Source of the DNA: Bacteroidales bacterium | Lineage (GTDB): Bacteria; Bacteroidota; Bacteroidia; Bacteroidales; GCA-2711565 | Assembly: GCA_963664245.1 (NCBI GenBank) | Contig: OY760934.1 | Coordinates: forward strand, 165,604 to 229,603 | Length of the DNA stretch: 64,000 bases | Direction: 5' to 3' | In this document: one piece after another, positions 27,954 to 38,193 of the stretch | How positions within the stretch are numbered: the stretch's first letter is position 1 | Layout of the letters: each line of letters begins with the position of its first letter | Position numbers and translations under genes: made by a program | Notes under the pieces: generated by a model | Seen by the model: the letters and a program-made list of their open reading frames with translations, nothing else | What the model was told of the DNA's origin: nothing | Database searches by the model: none

Positions 27954-29906
27954 TTATTGCGAACAAAAACGTTTTAAAAGAGTGTATGAAACACTTAAAC
28001 CTAGTTCTCCCGAACGGCTTAAATCTTTACAGCCAAGTTCGCGTTCATTTAAATACAGTAATACGAGTCCCCGGTTATAGTAAGCTTCTGAGAAATTTGG
28101 CATAAGTTTTATTACCTCCGAGAAATCGTCGATGGCACGATGAAAATTTCCATTCACGGTTTTTACAAAAGCACGATTGTAGTATGCAAAAGCAAAACGT
28201 TTATCAAGTTGAATAGCTTTATCGTAATCTTTAATAACTTTTTCGTAAGTGTGCTCTTCGATGGTTACTTCTTGTTTGTTTTTTGTCGGATTTCCAATAG
28301 AAATCTGGTTCCGTTTACTGTTAATCGATTCCAGGAAATCAATTAAATTATGCCTTACCCGGGCACGGCTAAAATAGGCCAGAACATATTTGGGGTCTTC
28401 ATTTAAACAATCGTCAAAATCTTTAAATGCCTGGTTGTAATCTTCGATGTTGGCATTTATGATGGCTCGTTTGTAGTACAGTTCGGCTTTATTTGTACTG
28501 GTTTCTAATTGCTTATCAATAAGTGCTATTTGGCGGTTGGCAGAGTCCAAAGAGTTTGTGTACAAGCTGTTGGTAAAACAAACAATAGGTGCGAAATATC
28601 CATGGTGGTGGTAAGCATCGTAGAAGCGGTTTTGCTGGTGTTGGCTCGGATCTAAAACAACCTGGTAAACCGGGAGTATATCAATTTCGCGTATTTGGTT
28701 CTGAACCAGTTTCATACTTTCGCTGTCTTCAAAAGAACCGCTTAATTTTACAATACTGTGAAGATATTCTGCCATTTCCTTGGTCTCCGGAATTTCTTTT
28801 ACCCCATTTCCTGCTGCCAGTTCTTCCATCTTTTCGTAATCGGCGTAAGCTTCTTTATTTCTTCCGAGCCTTTGCCTTACGTTGTAGCGTTCGCGATAAG
28901 CATTGATGTAAAGTGGAAAAAGTTCAATAGTTTTACTGAAATCTTTTTCTGCTTCCTTAAAATTTTCAAGACTTGCATTTATCAATCCGCGGTAAAAATT
29001 ACTCATTATATTATCCGGGTTGATTTGTAAAACAGAGTTGAAGTCTAATAAAGCCTTTTGGTGATCCTTATTATTGAAATGTATAATGGCTCTGTTATAG
29101 TATGCATAGGCATTGTAGGGACTTAAGCGAATTACTTTTTCAAGGTTTATCAATGCCGAATCAAATTCTTTCATGCGCATATACGCGATAGATTTACTGA
29201 AAATTCCATACGAGTTCAGCGAATCTAATTTAAGGGCGGCGTTCAAGTCTACCAGGGCCGAATCGTATTTTTGAAGTTCGGTATAAATATTCCCCCGTTG
29301 AATTAAACTCGAAATATTTTCAGGGTTGTAATTTATGGCTTTGTTGATATCATTTAGGGCTTCTGTATATTTTTCGAGTCCGGCTTTGGCGATTCCTCTT
29401 AAAATATAAACCGATTCAAGAGATAGTTTCAGGCTAATTGTTTTGTTGCAATCTTCAATGGATTTTTCATAATTTTTCAGGCTTAGGTAGGTTTGAGCCC
29501 GGCTAAAATAAATACGCGCATTGGTTGAATCGTACTTTATTGCTTTTGAATAATCGCTGAGGGCTTGTTCAAATTTGTTTTGTTGGCTGTAAACTGCAGC
29601 CCGGTTAAAATAAGCATCGTCAAAATATGGAGCCAGCTCCAGGGTTTTGGTGTAATCATATTCGGCTCCTACAAAATCGTCGAGGTAGTATTTAGCAATG
29701 CCACGTAAAAAGTATGCCTGATGGGATTTTGGATCAAGTTTTAACTCCATGTTTAAAAACTTAACTGCCTCCAGATATTTTGAATTAATAATGGCAGTTC
29801 TTCCAGCTTGTAAAAAATAATTTTTATATTGTGCTTCAGAGATCGTGCAAATACTCAAAAACCAGGTTAGTAAAATGATTATTTTGTAGAATATGCCGGA
29901 TTTCAT
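27954..29906 (-). CDS. Secreted tetratricopeptide (TPR) repeat protein
   Basis: 650 aa with a signal peptide. It has many consecutive 34-residue A-x-x-Y-x-x-A/YYNRG-type TPR units. Confidence 0.8.
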   Translation of the reverse strand: MKSGIFYKIIILLTWFLSICTISEAQYKNYFLQAGRTAIINSKYLEAVKFLNMELKLDPKSHQAYFLRGIAKYYLDDFVGAEYDYTKTLELAPYFDDAYFNRAAVYSQQNKFEQALSDYSKAIKYDSTNARIYFSRAQTYLSLKNYEKSIEDCNKTISLKLSLESVYILRGIAKAGLEKYTEALNDINKAINYNPENISSLIQRGNIYTELQKYDSALVDLNAALKLDSLNSYGIFSKSIAYMRMKEFDSALINLEKVIRLSPYNAYAYYNRAIIHFNNKDHQKALLDFNSVLQINPDNIMSNFYRGLINASLENFKEAEKDFSKTIELFPLYINAYRERYNVRQRLGRNKEAYADYEKMEELAAGNGVKEIPETKEMAEYLHSIVKLSGSFEDSESMKLVQNQIREIDILPVYQVVLDPSQHQQNRFYDAYHHHGYFAPIVCFTNSLYTNSLDSANRQIALIDKQLETSTNKAELYYKRAIINANIEDYNQAFKDFDDCLNEDPKYVLAYFSRARVRHNLIDFLESINSKRNQISIGNPTKNKQEVTIEEHTYEKVIKDYDKAIQLDKRFAFAYYNRAFVKTVNGNFHRAIDDFSEVIKLMPNFSEAYYNRGLVLLYLNERELGCKDLSRSGELGLSVSYTLLKRFCSQ

Positions 29907-29991
29907 GCTTGCATTTTATATTTTATGCAAAATAAGCTTTTAATTTTAAATTTTAAAAGTAAAGTTCTGTGAATTAAGAAAAATTAACGGG

Positions 29992-31422
29992 TTATTTATT
30001 GTACTCTTCGCATTTGGTGTATAAATTCTCAACCGATGAAATTTCAATGAATGAAGCACCGTTTGAAGGTCCGTAATTCCCGGCTAAAACAACCACGGTG
30101 TCAGACGGTTTTAGAATGCCTTTTTGTGTGAGTAAATTAAGGGCCTTGCATATGAATTCATCGGAGTTTTTAACCGGTTTTATAAAATTTGCATCAATAC
30201 CATACGAAAGTGCCGATTCTCTCATAATTCGTTTGTCGTAGCACATGGCATAGATAATATTGTCGCCCCGGTATGCTGCCAGGCTCCGAAGCGTTCTTCC
30301 GGAAGTGGTATCGGCAATAATGGCTTTTGAAGATAATTCTTTGGTGGCAATTACCGCTGAACGGGCCAGAAATGCAGAAATCTCGTTGTTGATAACTACG
30401 ATTGGGATTTTATTATACGCTTTTTTAGTAGCTTCTATTTCTTTAGCTGTATCAACCATTACATTTACCGCTTCAAGTGCGTAGTGGCCAAATGCAGTTT
30501 CGCCGCTTAACATCATGGCATCGGTTCCATCATAAACGGCATTTGCAATATCGCTGATTTCTGCCCGGGTTGGCCGCGGGTGGTCAATCATCGAATAAAG
30601 CATCTGCGTTGCAATAATTACCGGTTTGCGTAATTCGATGCATTTGTTTGTAATCTCTTTTTGGATCACCGGGATTTTCATTTGTGGAATTTCGATGGCC
30701 AAATCTCCCCGGGCAACCATAATTCCATAAGAATGTTCCAGTATTTCGTCAATGTTATCCACTCCTTCTTTATTTTCAATTTTGGCAATCAATTTTATCC
30801 TGCTGCTTTTTTGATCCAATATTTTTTGGATTTCCATCAGGTCTTCTTTTCTTCTTACAAACGAGTGGGCAATAAAATCAACATTGATATCAATAGCAAA
30901 ATCAATAAACTCACGGTCTTTTTTGCTAAGGCTTGGAAGTTTTATCTCTACCGAAGGGGTGTTAACACTTTTGTTCTTTTTTACGATGCCGTTGTTTTCA
31001 ACCCGGCATATTAATTCGTTTTTTGTTTTCTCGATAACCTGGAGTGCAATTTCCCCATCATCAATTAATATTAAGTTGCCCACGCTAAGGTCGTTAACAT
31101 AGCCACTATAATTAACCGATAAATTATCTTTTGAACCATTGGAGTCGTCGTTTCCGTTAATTCTGACAATATCGTTTTTTGAGAGTTCAATGGGATCTTT
31201 GAAATTTGCAGTACGAACTTCCGGTCCTTTGGTATCAATTAAAATCGCTATTTTCTCAGATACCTTACGGACGTTTTTTATTACTTTTTCTGCTTGTTCA
31301 GGAGTTTGGTGAGCTGTGTTTAATCGAACAACATTCATTCCGGCTTCATAAAGCGAGCGTAAAAAATCTACATCGCATTTTTGATCTGAAATGGTAGCTA
31401 TGATTTTTGTTTTCTTTTCCAT
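29992..31422 (-). CDS. pyk: Pyruvate kinase
   Basis: The Met at 31422 gives MEKKTKIIATI. It has canonical motifs (MNVVRLNTAH, IDTKGPEVR, MVARGDLAIEIP, MLSGETA). Confidence 0.9.
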   Translation of the reverse strand: MEKKTKIIATISDQKCDVDFLRSLYEAGMNVVRLNTAHQTPEQAEKVIKNVRKVSEKIAILIDTKGPEVRTANFKDPIELSKNDIVRINGNDDSNGSKDNLSVNYSGYVNDLSVGNLILIDDGEIALQVIEKTKNELICRVENNGIVKKNKSVNTPSVEIKLPSLSKKDREFIDFAIDINVDFIAHSFVRRKEDLMEIQKILDQKSSRIKLIAKIENKEGVDNIDEILEHSYGIMVARGDLAIEIPQMKIPVIQKEITNKCIELRKPVIIATQMLYSMIDHPRPTRAEISDIANAVYDGTDAMMLSGETAFGHYALEAVNVMVDTAKEIEATKKAYNKIPIVVINNEISAFLARSAVIATKELSSKAIIADTTSGRTLRSLAAYRGDNIIYAMCYDKRIMRESALSYGIDANFIKPVKNSDEFICKALNLLTQKGILKPSDTVVVLAGNYGPSNGASFIEISSVENLYTKCEEYNK

Positions 31423-31539
31423 TTTTTTATAGTCACAAATTTCTGCAAAAGTATGAAATTTGAGCATGCCTTAAAGAATTAGCAATTAATATTATATTAC
31501 ATTTGTTGCTTATTTTTCTCAAATGCCTGTTTCAAACGA

Positions 31540-32334
31540 ATGAATAAAGTTCTGCTTGTTAACGTTTTGTTTTCCTTCTTTTTAGCGGGTGGATGGATTG
31601 CATTTGCCACATTGTTTGCAGAGAAGTTTGGGAGCAAAATCGGGGGATCGATTTCAAATTTGCCCTCAAATATTCTGATTAGCTTTATTTTTGTGAGCTT
31701 TGTAAATGATATAAATTATGTTTCTGAAGCCGCTATGGCTGTTCCTGCCGGTTTGATTGCAACAACTGTTTTTATGCTCTTTTTTGTTGCCTTGTTAAGA
31801 TTTGGATTGGCAGTTGCCAGTGTTGTTTCAATTATATTATGGTTTGGAGCTGCTTTTTTGATTGAGAGGTCGGGATTAGAAAAAAGCCTTATGCTTTCCT
31901 CCATTATTTATTTTGCAGTTGTTATTATCTGTATGTTGATTATTGAAAAGGTATTCAGAGTAGGGTGTGTTGAAATAGAAAAACGTAAGTACAGCATTGT
32001 GCAGATGATTGGGCGAGCCGTTTTTGCGGGAAGTATTGTGGCTTTGGTTGTGGTATTGTCAAAATCTGTTCCTCCTAATTTTACCGGGGTATTAGCTGCT
32101 TTTCCGGCCATGATATTTTCAACGCTTTTTATATTGGCAAAGAACCAAGGGCCTAAATTCGCAAAAGCTACCGGAAAGGTTTTGGTACTGACGACCTCAA
32201 ATATTTGGGTGTATTCTCTCGCTGTTCATTATTTTTATCTAGGGTTTGGTGTTTTATGGGGGACGATATTTTCGTATTTTGTTGCGGCAATTTGGGTTGT
32301 TTTATTGTTTCCAATTATAAAAAAAATGGCATAG
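31540..32334 (+). CDS. Hypothetical polytopic membrane protein
   Basis: 264 aa, about 8 hydrophobic helices, no recognised motif. Confidence 0.5.
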   Translation: MNKVLLVNVLFSFFLAGGWIAFATLFAEKFGSKIGGSISNLPSNILISFIFVSFVNDINYVSEAAMAVPAGLIATTVFMLFFVALLRFGLAVASVVSIILWFGAAFLIERSGLEKSLMLSSIIYFAVVIICMLIIEKVFRVGCVEIEKRKYSIVQMIGRAVFAGSIVALVVVLSKSVPPNFTGVLAAFPAMIFSTLFILAKNQGPKFAKATGKVLVLTTSNIWVYSLAVHYFYLGFGVLWGTIFSYFVAAIWVVLLFPIIKKMA

Positions 32335-32335
32335 T

Positions 32336-32974
32336 ATGAAATCAAAACGACTGATTAAACTTGAAGAAATATTGAATTCAGTTTCTCACGGGATAGGGAT
32401 TTTGTTGGCATTTGCTGGCGTTACATTATTGGTTGTGTTTGGTGCAATTCGCGGAGATGCCTGGCATGTTGTGAGCTTTGCTGTTTTTGGAGCCAGCATG
32501 ATTATGCTTTATACGGCTTCAACCATTTTTCACGGGGCGAAAAACCCACGCTTAAAATATAAATTGAACCGCTTTGACCATTCAGCCGTTTTTATTCTGA
32601 TTGCTGGAACCTATACCCCTTTGGCACTGGTTTCCTTGCGTGGAACTTTGGGCTGGGTGTTGTTTGGATTTATTTGGGCCTGTGCAATTGCAGGGGTCGT
32701 ATTTAAAGTGTGGTTTTACCAACAAAAATACCGTAAAATTTCGGCCTGGATGTATTTGTTGATGGGATGGTCGGTGATTGCCGTTATTGTTCCCGTTATT
32801 AAAAATGTTCCGGCTGTTTCGCTGTGGTATATACTAATTGGGGTGTTGTCTTATTCGGCGAGTGTGTTTTTTTATATCCGAAAAGAGATTCCTTTCGGGC
32901 ATTTGGTTTTTCACCTATTTGTTTTAGGTGGCAGTATTTGCCACTTCTTTGCTTTTCTTAAGCTTGTAGTATAA
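32336..32974 (+). CDS. Hemolysin III / PAQR family membrane protein
   Basis: 212 aa with 7 TM. EEILNSVSHGIG, STIFH and FDHSAVFILIAGTYTP are PAQR/YplQ hallmarks. Confidence 0.85.
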   Translation: MKSKRLIKLEEILNSVSHGIGILLAFAGVTLLVVFGAIRGDAWHVVSFAVFGASMIMLYTASTIFHGAKNPRLKYKLNRFDHSAVFILIAGTYTPLALVSLRGTLGWVLFGFIWACAIAGVVFKVWFYQQKYRKISAWMYLLMGWSVIAVIVPVIKNVPAVSLWYILIGVLSYSASVFFYIRKEIPFGHLVFHLFVLGGSICHFFAFLKLVV

Positions 32975-33006
32975 TTCAGTTTTTGAAAAGCATTCCTTTA
33001 TATTTT

Positions 33007-34389
33007 CTATTTTTTGTTCCCTTTTTCGTAGCGTTTGAGCTTTTCTTTTAGTTCTTTAATTCTAAATTCACGGCCAATAAACAGTTTGTTAAAACGTTCC
33101 AGTTCTTCGTTTTTATCTTCCAGCTCTTTGGTTCTTTGTTTTACCATTTCTTCGAGCTGGGTTTGGTGTTTGTGTAGCTCTGTTTCGGTTTCTTTCCTTT
33201 TGGAGATGTTTCTGCAACTTCCAAAGATAGTTCCGTTTGGGAGCGTAACCGCATTTAGGTCGACCGGAACAATTTCTTTCTTTTTATTAAGCAGGTTTAG
33301 TTCTACAAATAGGTTCTTGTTGATCTCTATAGATTTGAATAATCTAACATAATGATCAACTTCGTTTTTGGGCGATAAATCTTTGATGTTCATTTTTAAT
33401 AATTCATCTTGAGTATAGCCTAATAAATTGGTCGCCATTTTATTCACGTAAAGATAATTCCCTTTTTTATCGCAGATAAAAATAGCATCAGCAGAGTTTT
33501 CAATAAAGGTTCTGAATTTTTCTTCGCTTTCTTTTAGCTTGGTGTTTTTTTCTTCTATCTCGTTAATCATGTGGTTTGAGACCTGGGCAATATCTTCTAA
33601 TTCTTTGATGGAAAGATCACCCAGATCAATCAATTCTCCGGGGACAGAGTTTTTGTAATAGGTTTCAAAAACATTAAACTCCCTTTTAACATATTTTGAT
33701 AAAGAATAAGACATAAGAAATATAATCAAAAGAAGAATTACAAATAAAAGAATTATTAATAGCACCCTGGTTTGTAATCGTTGGGAAAGCTCGCTTTCCA
33801 CCTGTTTAATTTCTTTGTCGATGTCAACTAAATAATTTCCTGCACCAATAATCCATCCCCATTTATGATAACCTTTTGTGTACGAAAGTTTAGGTTCTTC
33901 TTTGCTGCCGCCAATTCGTTTGAAGTAGTATTGTATGAAAGCACCCTTTCTATTATGGAATGCTTCAATTTGTGGGGCGAAGATGTCTGTTCCGCGAGAG
34001 TCTTTTAGTCCCAGGTTGTTGCGGTGTTCAGTTAGTTTTTTGCCATCAAATATCAAGGCTTGCCCGTCAATTTTATTTACAAAGATGTAGCCTCCATAGC
34101 CAAATCGGATGGTTGATAAGTAATCCAGAGTTTCATTTTGTAGTTCTTTAATGCCGAGATTTATATTTGTTGAGTCTCTGTAAGCAATGTAATCGAGGGC
34201 AATTTCAACTTCGCGCTGAAGTTTTTCTTTTTGAAAAGCAATGGACTTTTCGTGCAACTCATCCTTTTCTTTTTTTGATCCTTTTATTTCGTCATAAATC
34301 CAGAAAATACTAATAATAGAAACCGCAATGGCTGATATTAATAGTAATGATATGAAAATCGCTTTCTTTATCCGTATGTTTTTATTCAT
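33007..34389 (-). CDS. Membrane sensor with periplasmic Cache-like domain, cytoplasmic PAS domain and terminal coiled coil; no output domain
   Basis: 460 aa with two TMs flanking about 190 aa of Cache-like sequence. A PAS block (FRTFIENSADAIFICDKKGNYLYVNKMATNLLGYTQDELL) follows. It ends in LEEMVKQRTKELEDKNEELERFNKLFIGREFRIKELKEKL with no HisKA/HATPase, GGDEF or other effector. Confidence 0.7.
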   Translation of the reverse strand: MNKNIRIKKAIFISLLLISAIAVSIISIFWIYDEIKGSKKEKDELHEKSIAFQKEKLQREVEIALDYIAYRDSTNINLGIKELQNETLDYLSTIRFGYGGYIFVNKIDGQALIFDGKKLTEHRNNLGLKDSRGTDIFAPQIEAFHNRKGAFIQYYFKRIGGSKEEPKLSYTKGYHKWGWIIGAGNYLVDIDKEIKQVESELSQRLQTRVLLIILLFVILLLIIFLMSYSLSKYVKREFNVFETYYKNSVPGELIDLGDLSIKELEDIAQVSNHMINEIEEKNTKLKESEEKFRTFIENSADAIFICDKKGNYLYVNKMATNLLGYTQDELLKMNIKDLSPKNEVDHYVRLFKSIEINKNLFVELNLLNKKKEIVPVDLNAVTLPNGTIFGSCRNISKRKETETELHKHQTQLEEMVKQRTKELEDKNEELERFNKLFIGREFRIKELKEKLKRYEKGNKK

Positions 34390-34592
34390 TTACAGCGGTA
34401 ATAATTAGATGATTTAGTTCGTGCGGTTAAGTGCAAAGTTAGCTATTGGATCAAAAAAAGCAATAGCTTATTTTTAAAATGTAACATTTCTATTTTGCTT
34501 AGGATCTGTTGGGCGTAGAGGTAGGAACGGTGTGTTTGTAGAAGAGCGAGCAAGGATGAGATTGTAATTCAATTTTTCTATGCAATAAAAAA

Positions 34593-34622
34593 AGCCTTCT
34601 GAAAAAACAGAAGGCTTTTTTT
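34593..34622. terminator. Rho-independent terminator (works on either strand)
   Basis: AGCCTTCTG (34593-34601) / CAGAAGGCT (34608-34616) with loop AAAAAA. An A-run and a T-run flank it. It lies just downstream of the minus-strand gene ending at 34633. Confidence 0.7.
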
Positions 34623-34632
34623 ATAAAAGTTA

Positions 34633-35811
34633 TTAAGAGTTATCTCTATGTTCTCCGATAATGGTTCCCATTTCTTCCATAAAGTCTGCAATAACATCTA
34701 ATGCAGGTTCATAAGTTTCATCTTTATATACAATGCATACCACATCTTCGCCTTCAACTTCTTTGAATTCAATAGTAGCTACAGCATAATAGTTGTAATA
34801 AACTACTGCAGTAAACCAAGAGTTTTTCTCAGTTAATGATGGTTCTTCTTCTGAAGAAAGAAGATCAAAGAAGGTAGCTAAATTAAATGCACCTTCTATT
34901 CTAAGGTTATTTAAATAGAATATCGCAGTGGCTGATTCAAAAGGATCGGTAATTGATGCTTTTGTTTGTTGTTCATCATTGTCAAGATAACCAAATAATA
35001 TTGAGAATAAGTCTTCGTTGGTGTCAACTGAAACCCCAAGGCCACAGGCGCTATTGTCGTCACCGGCTTGCAATGCAGCATTATAAGTGTAAGTACCGGC
35101 TTGAGAAGTTGCACTGTAATCAAACTCGAATGAAGTTGGTGCGAAATATGCACTTAAATCAATCAAGGTTGGGTACATTTCTGTTGGGTTGTAGGTTGCA
35201 CTGTTTAAGTTAAGTTCAAGAACCTTAGTTCCATCTTTTTTAAGATTAATAAGAAACCCAGTTGGAAGCCATGCATCATCAGATTCTACTAAAGCTGATT
35301 TTAAGGTGCTAGGTATGGTTAATTGAACATCAGTATAAGATGATATTGTTAACAGCATATCGTTTGATGTTGCTGTTTGTGTTGACGGAAACTCAAAAAC
35401 CATATCATTACTGGCTGTTTTGGTCCATTGTTGTGTTGTTAAGTTGTAGGTGTACTTTCCAACATAGGTGCTAAAATAAAAACGGTGGTCGTAATCAAGA
35501 GCATCCTCAATGTCTTCCCATAAAATAAAATCACCAAGTTGATCCCACATAATTTCCACCCATGTCCTAGTGTCTGGTGCAATTTTTAAATCAGGGCTGG
35601 TGTTGGTTATCATTCCCATAATGAGCTCCATGGTGGCCATCCCTTGTCCTTCATTCATGGTTTGTACCATTCCGACCAAAGCATCTAAACTTAATTGGAT
35701 ATTCGCTTTGTCTTCATCAACAGTTGTTTGAACTGGGTTGTCGTCATTACATGCTACAAAAGCTATTGCAGCCAAAAGAAATAATAAAATAAATCTTTTC
35801 ATTGTTTTCAT
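34633..35811 (-). CDS. Hypothetical acidic lipoprotein
   Basis: 392 aa with a lipobox (AFVACND). It is Asp/Glu/Thr-rich with no recognisable domain. Confidence 0.5.
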   Translation of the reverse strand: MKTMKRFILLFLLAAIAFVACNDDNPVQTTVDEDKANIQLSLDALVGMVQTMNEGQGMATMELIMGMITNTSPDLKIAPDTRTWVEIMWDQLGDFILWEDIEDALDYDHRFYFSTYVGKYTYNLTTQQWTKTASNDMVFEFPSTQTATSNDMLLTISSYTDVQLTIPSTLKSALVESDDAWLPTGFLINLKKDGTKVLELNLNSATYNPTEMYPTLIDLSAYFAPTSFEFDYSATSQAGTYTYNAALQAGDDNSACGLGVSVDTNEDLFSILFGYLDNDEQQTKASITDPFESATAIFYLNNLRIEGAFNLATFFDLLSSEEEPSLTEKNSWFTAVVYYNYYAVATIEFKEVEGEDVVCIVYKDETYEPALDVIADFMEEMGTIIGEHRDNS

Positions 35812-35962
35812 ATGGTTAAAGTTTTAGGTTAAATTATTTTTATAAAATTCAATATTTTCTTAGTCTTTTTGGTAAGACAGATGAAGTATAAGTTAGCTTG
35901 CAAATTTATTTTTAGACATTCAAAGATAGTAAATTTAAGTTTATCTCATGTAAAATTATTTT

Positions 35963-37267
35963 CTAAAATCGGAAGGTGATGCCGCTATTTACATCAAAAT
36001 AGTTGATTTTGTAATCGTTTTGGGTTTTATTACTCATCGTATTTAATTGGTATTTATATAATGGCGATATTGTGAAATACAGTTTTTTACTTATGGGGTA
36101 CTCAAAAGTAAAACCAATTACACTTCTAAGCGTAAATTTATTTATGGCTTCTGTATCGCCTATAGAACTTTGGTCGTCGCTATCAATATAAACATTGTTC
36201 CCAATCAAAAACCCGGTACTTATACCGCCTGTTAAAGCAAATCTGTATTTATTGTTTAAAATACTGTAGTTTACCAATAAAGGGAGTTCAATATATTTTA
36301 AGTCTTGAATAAGGTCATTCTCGAAAGAACTATACTGATAAACGATATTGGCATAATCGGGGACAACAAAATTTGCTTCTTCGAGTAAGGGTTGGCTATT
36401 GTTAATATTTATTGCTCCTAAATTAGAATTTGCGGAAAATACAGACCCGTTGCCTGTATTGTCTTTTAGTAAGAAATAATCTGATAGTTTGTTTTTTTGT
36501 CTGAAATAAGACACCCCTGATCTAAGCTCAATTTTTTCAGAAAGTTTAAAAGAGAATTGTATGCCCACACTAAAACTAGGTAGTAATTCTTCTTTTAAGC
36601 TATTGGAGGAAGTCCTTTCATCGTTTGGGGTTGCTGGTAATCCATAGGCTTGATAAGTTGAATTTGAAGATGAGTAGCTTGACGAACCAAAGCCCGGGGC
36701 GTAAGAAAGCCCAAGCTTCCATTTGTTTTTATTGTTTTTCTCGTCCTCAAATTGCAGGATGTGCGATTTTACATTCTTATCAGCAATTTTATTGTAGGGG
36801 GACACTTCTTTTTTATATACCTGGTGATTTAAATTATTTTCAAAAGGTTCAATATAAAATGAATGGTGAATAGAAAAAATGTTCCTTCTGTAAGGTGTTA
36901 TTTCACGATGACTAATTAATGGAACCGTTTTTGATTCATGGGGAATAAAACGGGTTGTGTTTAAATTTGAACTAAGTTTGGCGATAAAATATCTTGTTTT
37001 TTTTACCGAATCAGGCTTAGGCTGGTCATTGCCACTAATAAGGTGTTCTTTTTCTTTGTTTGGAAGAGTAAATATGAAAATTGATCCAACGAAGAGTAAC
37101 AGGATCGCTGCTGCTGATAACCGATAAATCAGATGCTTCTTTTTAGCATAACCGGCCTGATCCAGAGTAGCCGAAATTTCTTCCCAGCAATGCGTAGGTG
37201 GAACAGCTTCTGTATAAAGGAGCTTCTCTTTTGTCAGTTTGTCAATATGTTCAGTTTTATTACTCAT
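35963..37267 (-). CDS. Putative anti-sigma factor with N-terminal TM anchor and C-terminal outer-membrane beta-barrel-like domain
   Basis: 434 aa. Its start overlaps the sigma gene stop (TAATG). It has one TM (LSAAAILLLFVGSIFIF). The C-terminal ~230 aa have alternating amphipathic strands and end in GITFRF, a typical OMP terminal Phe. Confidence 0.5.
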   Translation of the reverse strand: MSNKTEHIDKLTKEKLLYTEAVPPTHCWEEISATLDQAGYAKKKHLIYRLSAAAILLLFVGSIFIFTLPNKEKEHLISGNDQPKPDSVKKTRYFIAKLSSNLNTTRFIPHESKTVPLISHREITPYRRNIFSIHHSFYIEPFENNLNHQVYKKEVSPYNKIADKNVKSHILQFEDEKNNKNKWKLGLSYAPGFGSSSYSSSNSTYQAYGLPATPNDERTSSNSLKEELLPSFSVGIQFSFKLSEKIELRSGVSYFRQKNKLSDYFLLKDNTGNGSVFSANSNLGAININNSQPLLEEANFVVPDYANIVYQYSSFENDLIQDLKYIELPLLVNYSILNNKYRFALTGGISTGFLIGNNVYIDSDDQSSIGDTEAINKFTLRSVIGFTFEYPISKKLYFTISPLYKYQLNTMSNKTQNDYKINYFDVNSGITFRF

Positions 37268-37815
37268 TATCTTATTTCCAGCGTATAAGTTTTGTTTAGT
37301 TTTTGTTTTAAAATACTTCGGGCTCTTGCCAGGTTCGATTTTGAGGTTCCTTCGCTGATATTTAACATTTTAGAAATTTCTTTATGCGAGTAACCTTCAA
37401 TGGCATAAAGGTTAAAAACCAGCCTGTAAGCCGGGCTTAACTCCTGAATGATTTTAATCAGTTCATCGGCATCAATTTTATCTTCAATTTGTTCACTGGC
37501 GACATAATTGTTTGAGTTTATTTCATCCTCACGCGTGAAAAGCATTTTATTTTTCCGGTAATCTTCCAATATGTTATTAACAAAGACCCTTCTCATCCAG
37601 CCCTCAAACGAGCCTTTCCCTTTGAATTTATGAATGTTTTGGAAAACCTTAATGAACCCGTTTTGCAACTGATCTTCAGCATCACTTTTGTTTTTTGAAT
37701 AATATAAACACAGTCCGAACATTTTAGCTGAGAAAAAACGGTACAAAAGAGCCTGGGAGTCTCTTTTTCCCTTTATACAACCTTGAATTACTTTTTCGAG
37801 CTCGCCTGAATTCAC
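37267..37815 (-). CDS. ECF-type RNA polymerase sigma-70 factor
   Basis: 182 aa. It has region 2 (DAEDQLQNGFIKVFQNIHKF) and region 4 (GYSHKEISKMLNISEGTSKSNLARARSILKQKL). Confidence 0.85.
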   Translation of the reverse strand: MNSGELEKVIQGCIKGKRDSQALLYRFFSAKMFGLCLYYSKNKSDAEDQLQNGFIKVFQNIHKFKGKGSFEGWMRRVFVNNILEDYRKNKMLFTREDEINSNNYVASEQIEDKIDADELIKIIQELSPAYRLVFNLYAIEGYSHKEISKMLNISEGTSKSNLARARSILKQKLNKTYTLEIR

Positions 37816-38124
37816 GCTGTTGGCATTCGTTTTGTTTCGTTGAACAAATATAGCAAATCATATTCCCAATTTTTAAACAGGAACGGGAAAAATGGAATGT
37901 CGCCCATTTTCCCGGTTCACTGTTTGACCCAATACTTAACCAAAGAATGATTAGCAGTCTTAAACCTATTAAAAAGATAGAAACTAATCACTGTCTTTAA
38001 CTTTATTTAAAAAGTACATATCTTTTAATTGCTTCGCTTAAAATGTATTCGGTTTTTTTGTGCAATATTAGAGCAACATGTTTTCTGAGAAGATGAAGAA
38101 TGCAATAAAAAGGTTGCGTGTGGT

Positions 38125-38155
38125 AAAAAAAAAGCCCCCTGAATTTCCAGGAGGC
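38125..38155 (-). terminator. Rho-independent terminator of the TonB-dependent receptor gene
   Basis: On the minus strand GCCTCCTGG / CAGGGGGC forms a stem with one mismatch, followed by a run of 9 U (A-run 38125-38133 on the plus strand). It lies 39 nt downstream of the stop at 38194. Confidence 0.6.
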
Positions 38156-38193
38156 TCCGCAATCATGAATTAATAGTAACAAAATTAACCATG

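Noticed and set aside
37884-37914. Hairpin CGGGAAAAATGG / CCATTTTCCCG upstream of the ECF sigma gene at 37815
   Set aside because: It is a real near-perfect inverted repeat with one bulge, but it is isolated. It has no U-run, no second copy and no obvious link to a transcript, so it is not interpretable from sequence alone.
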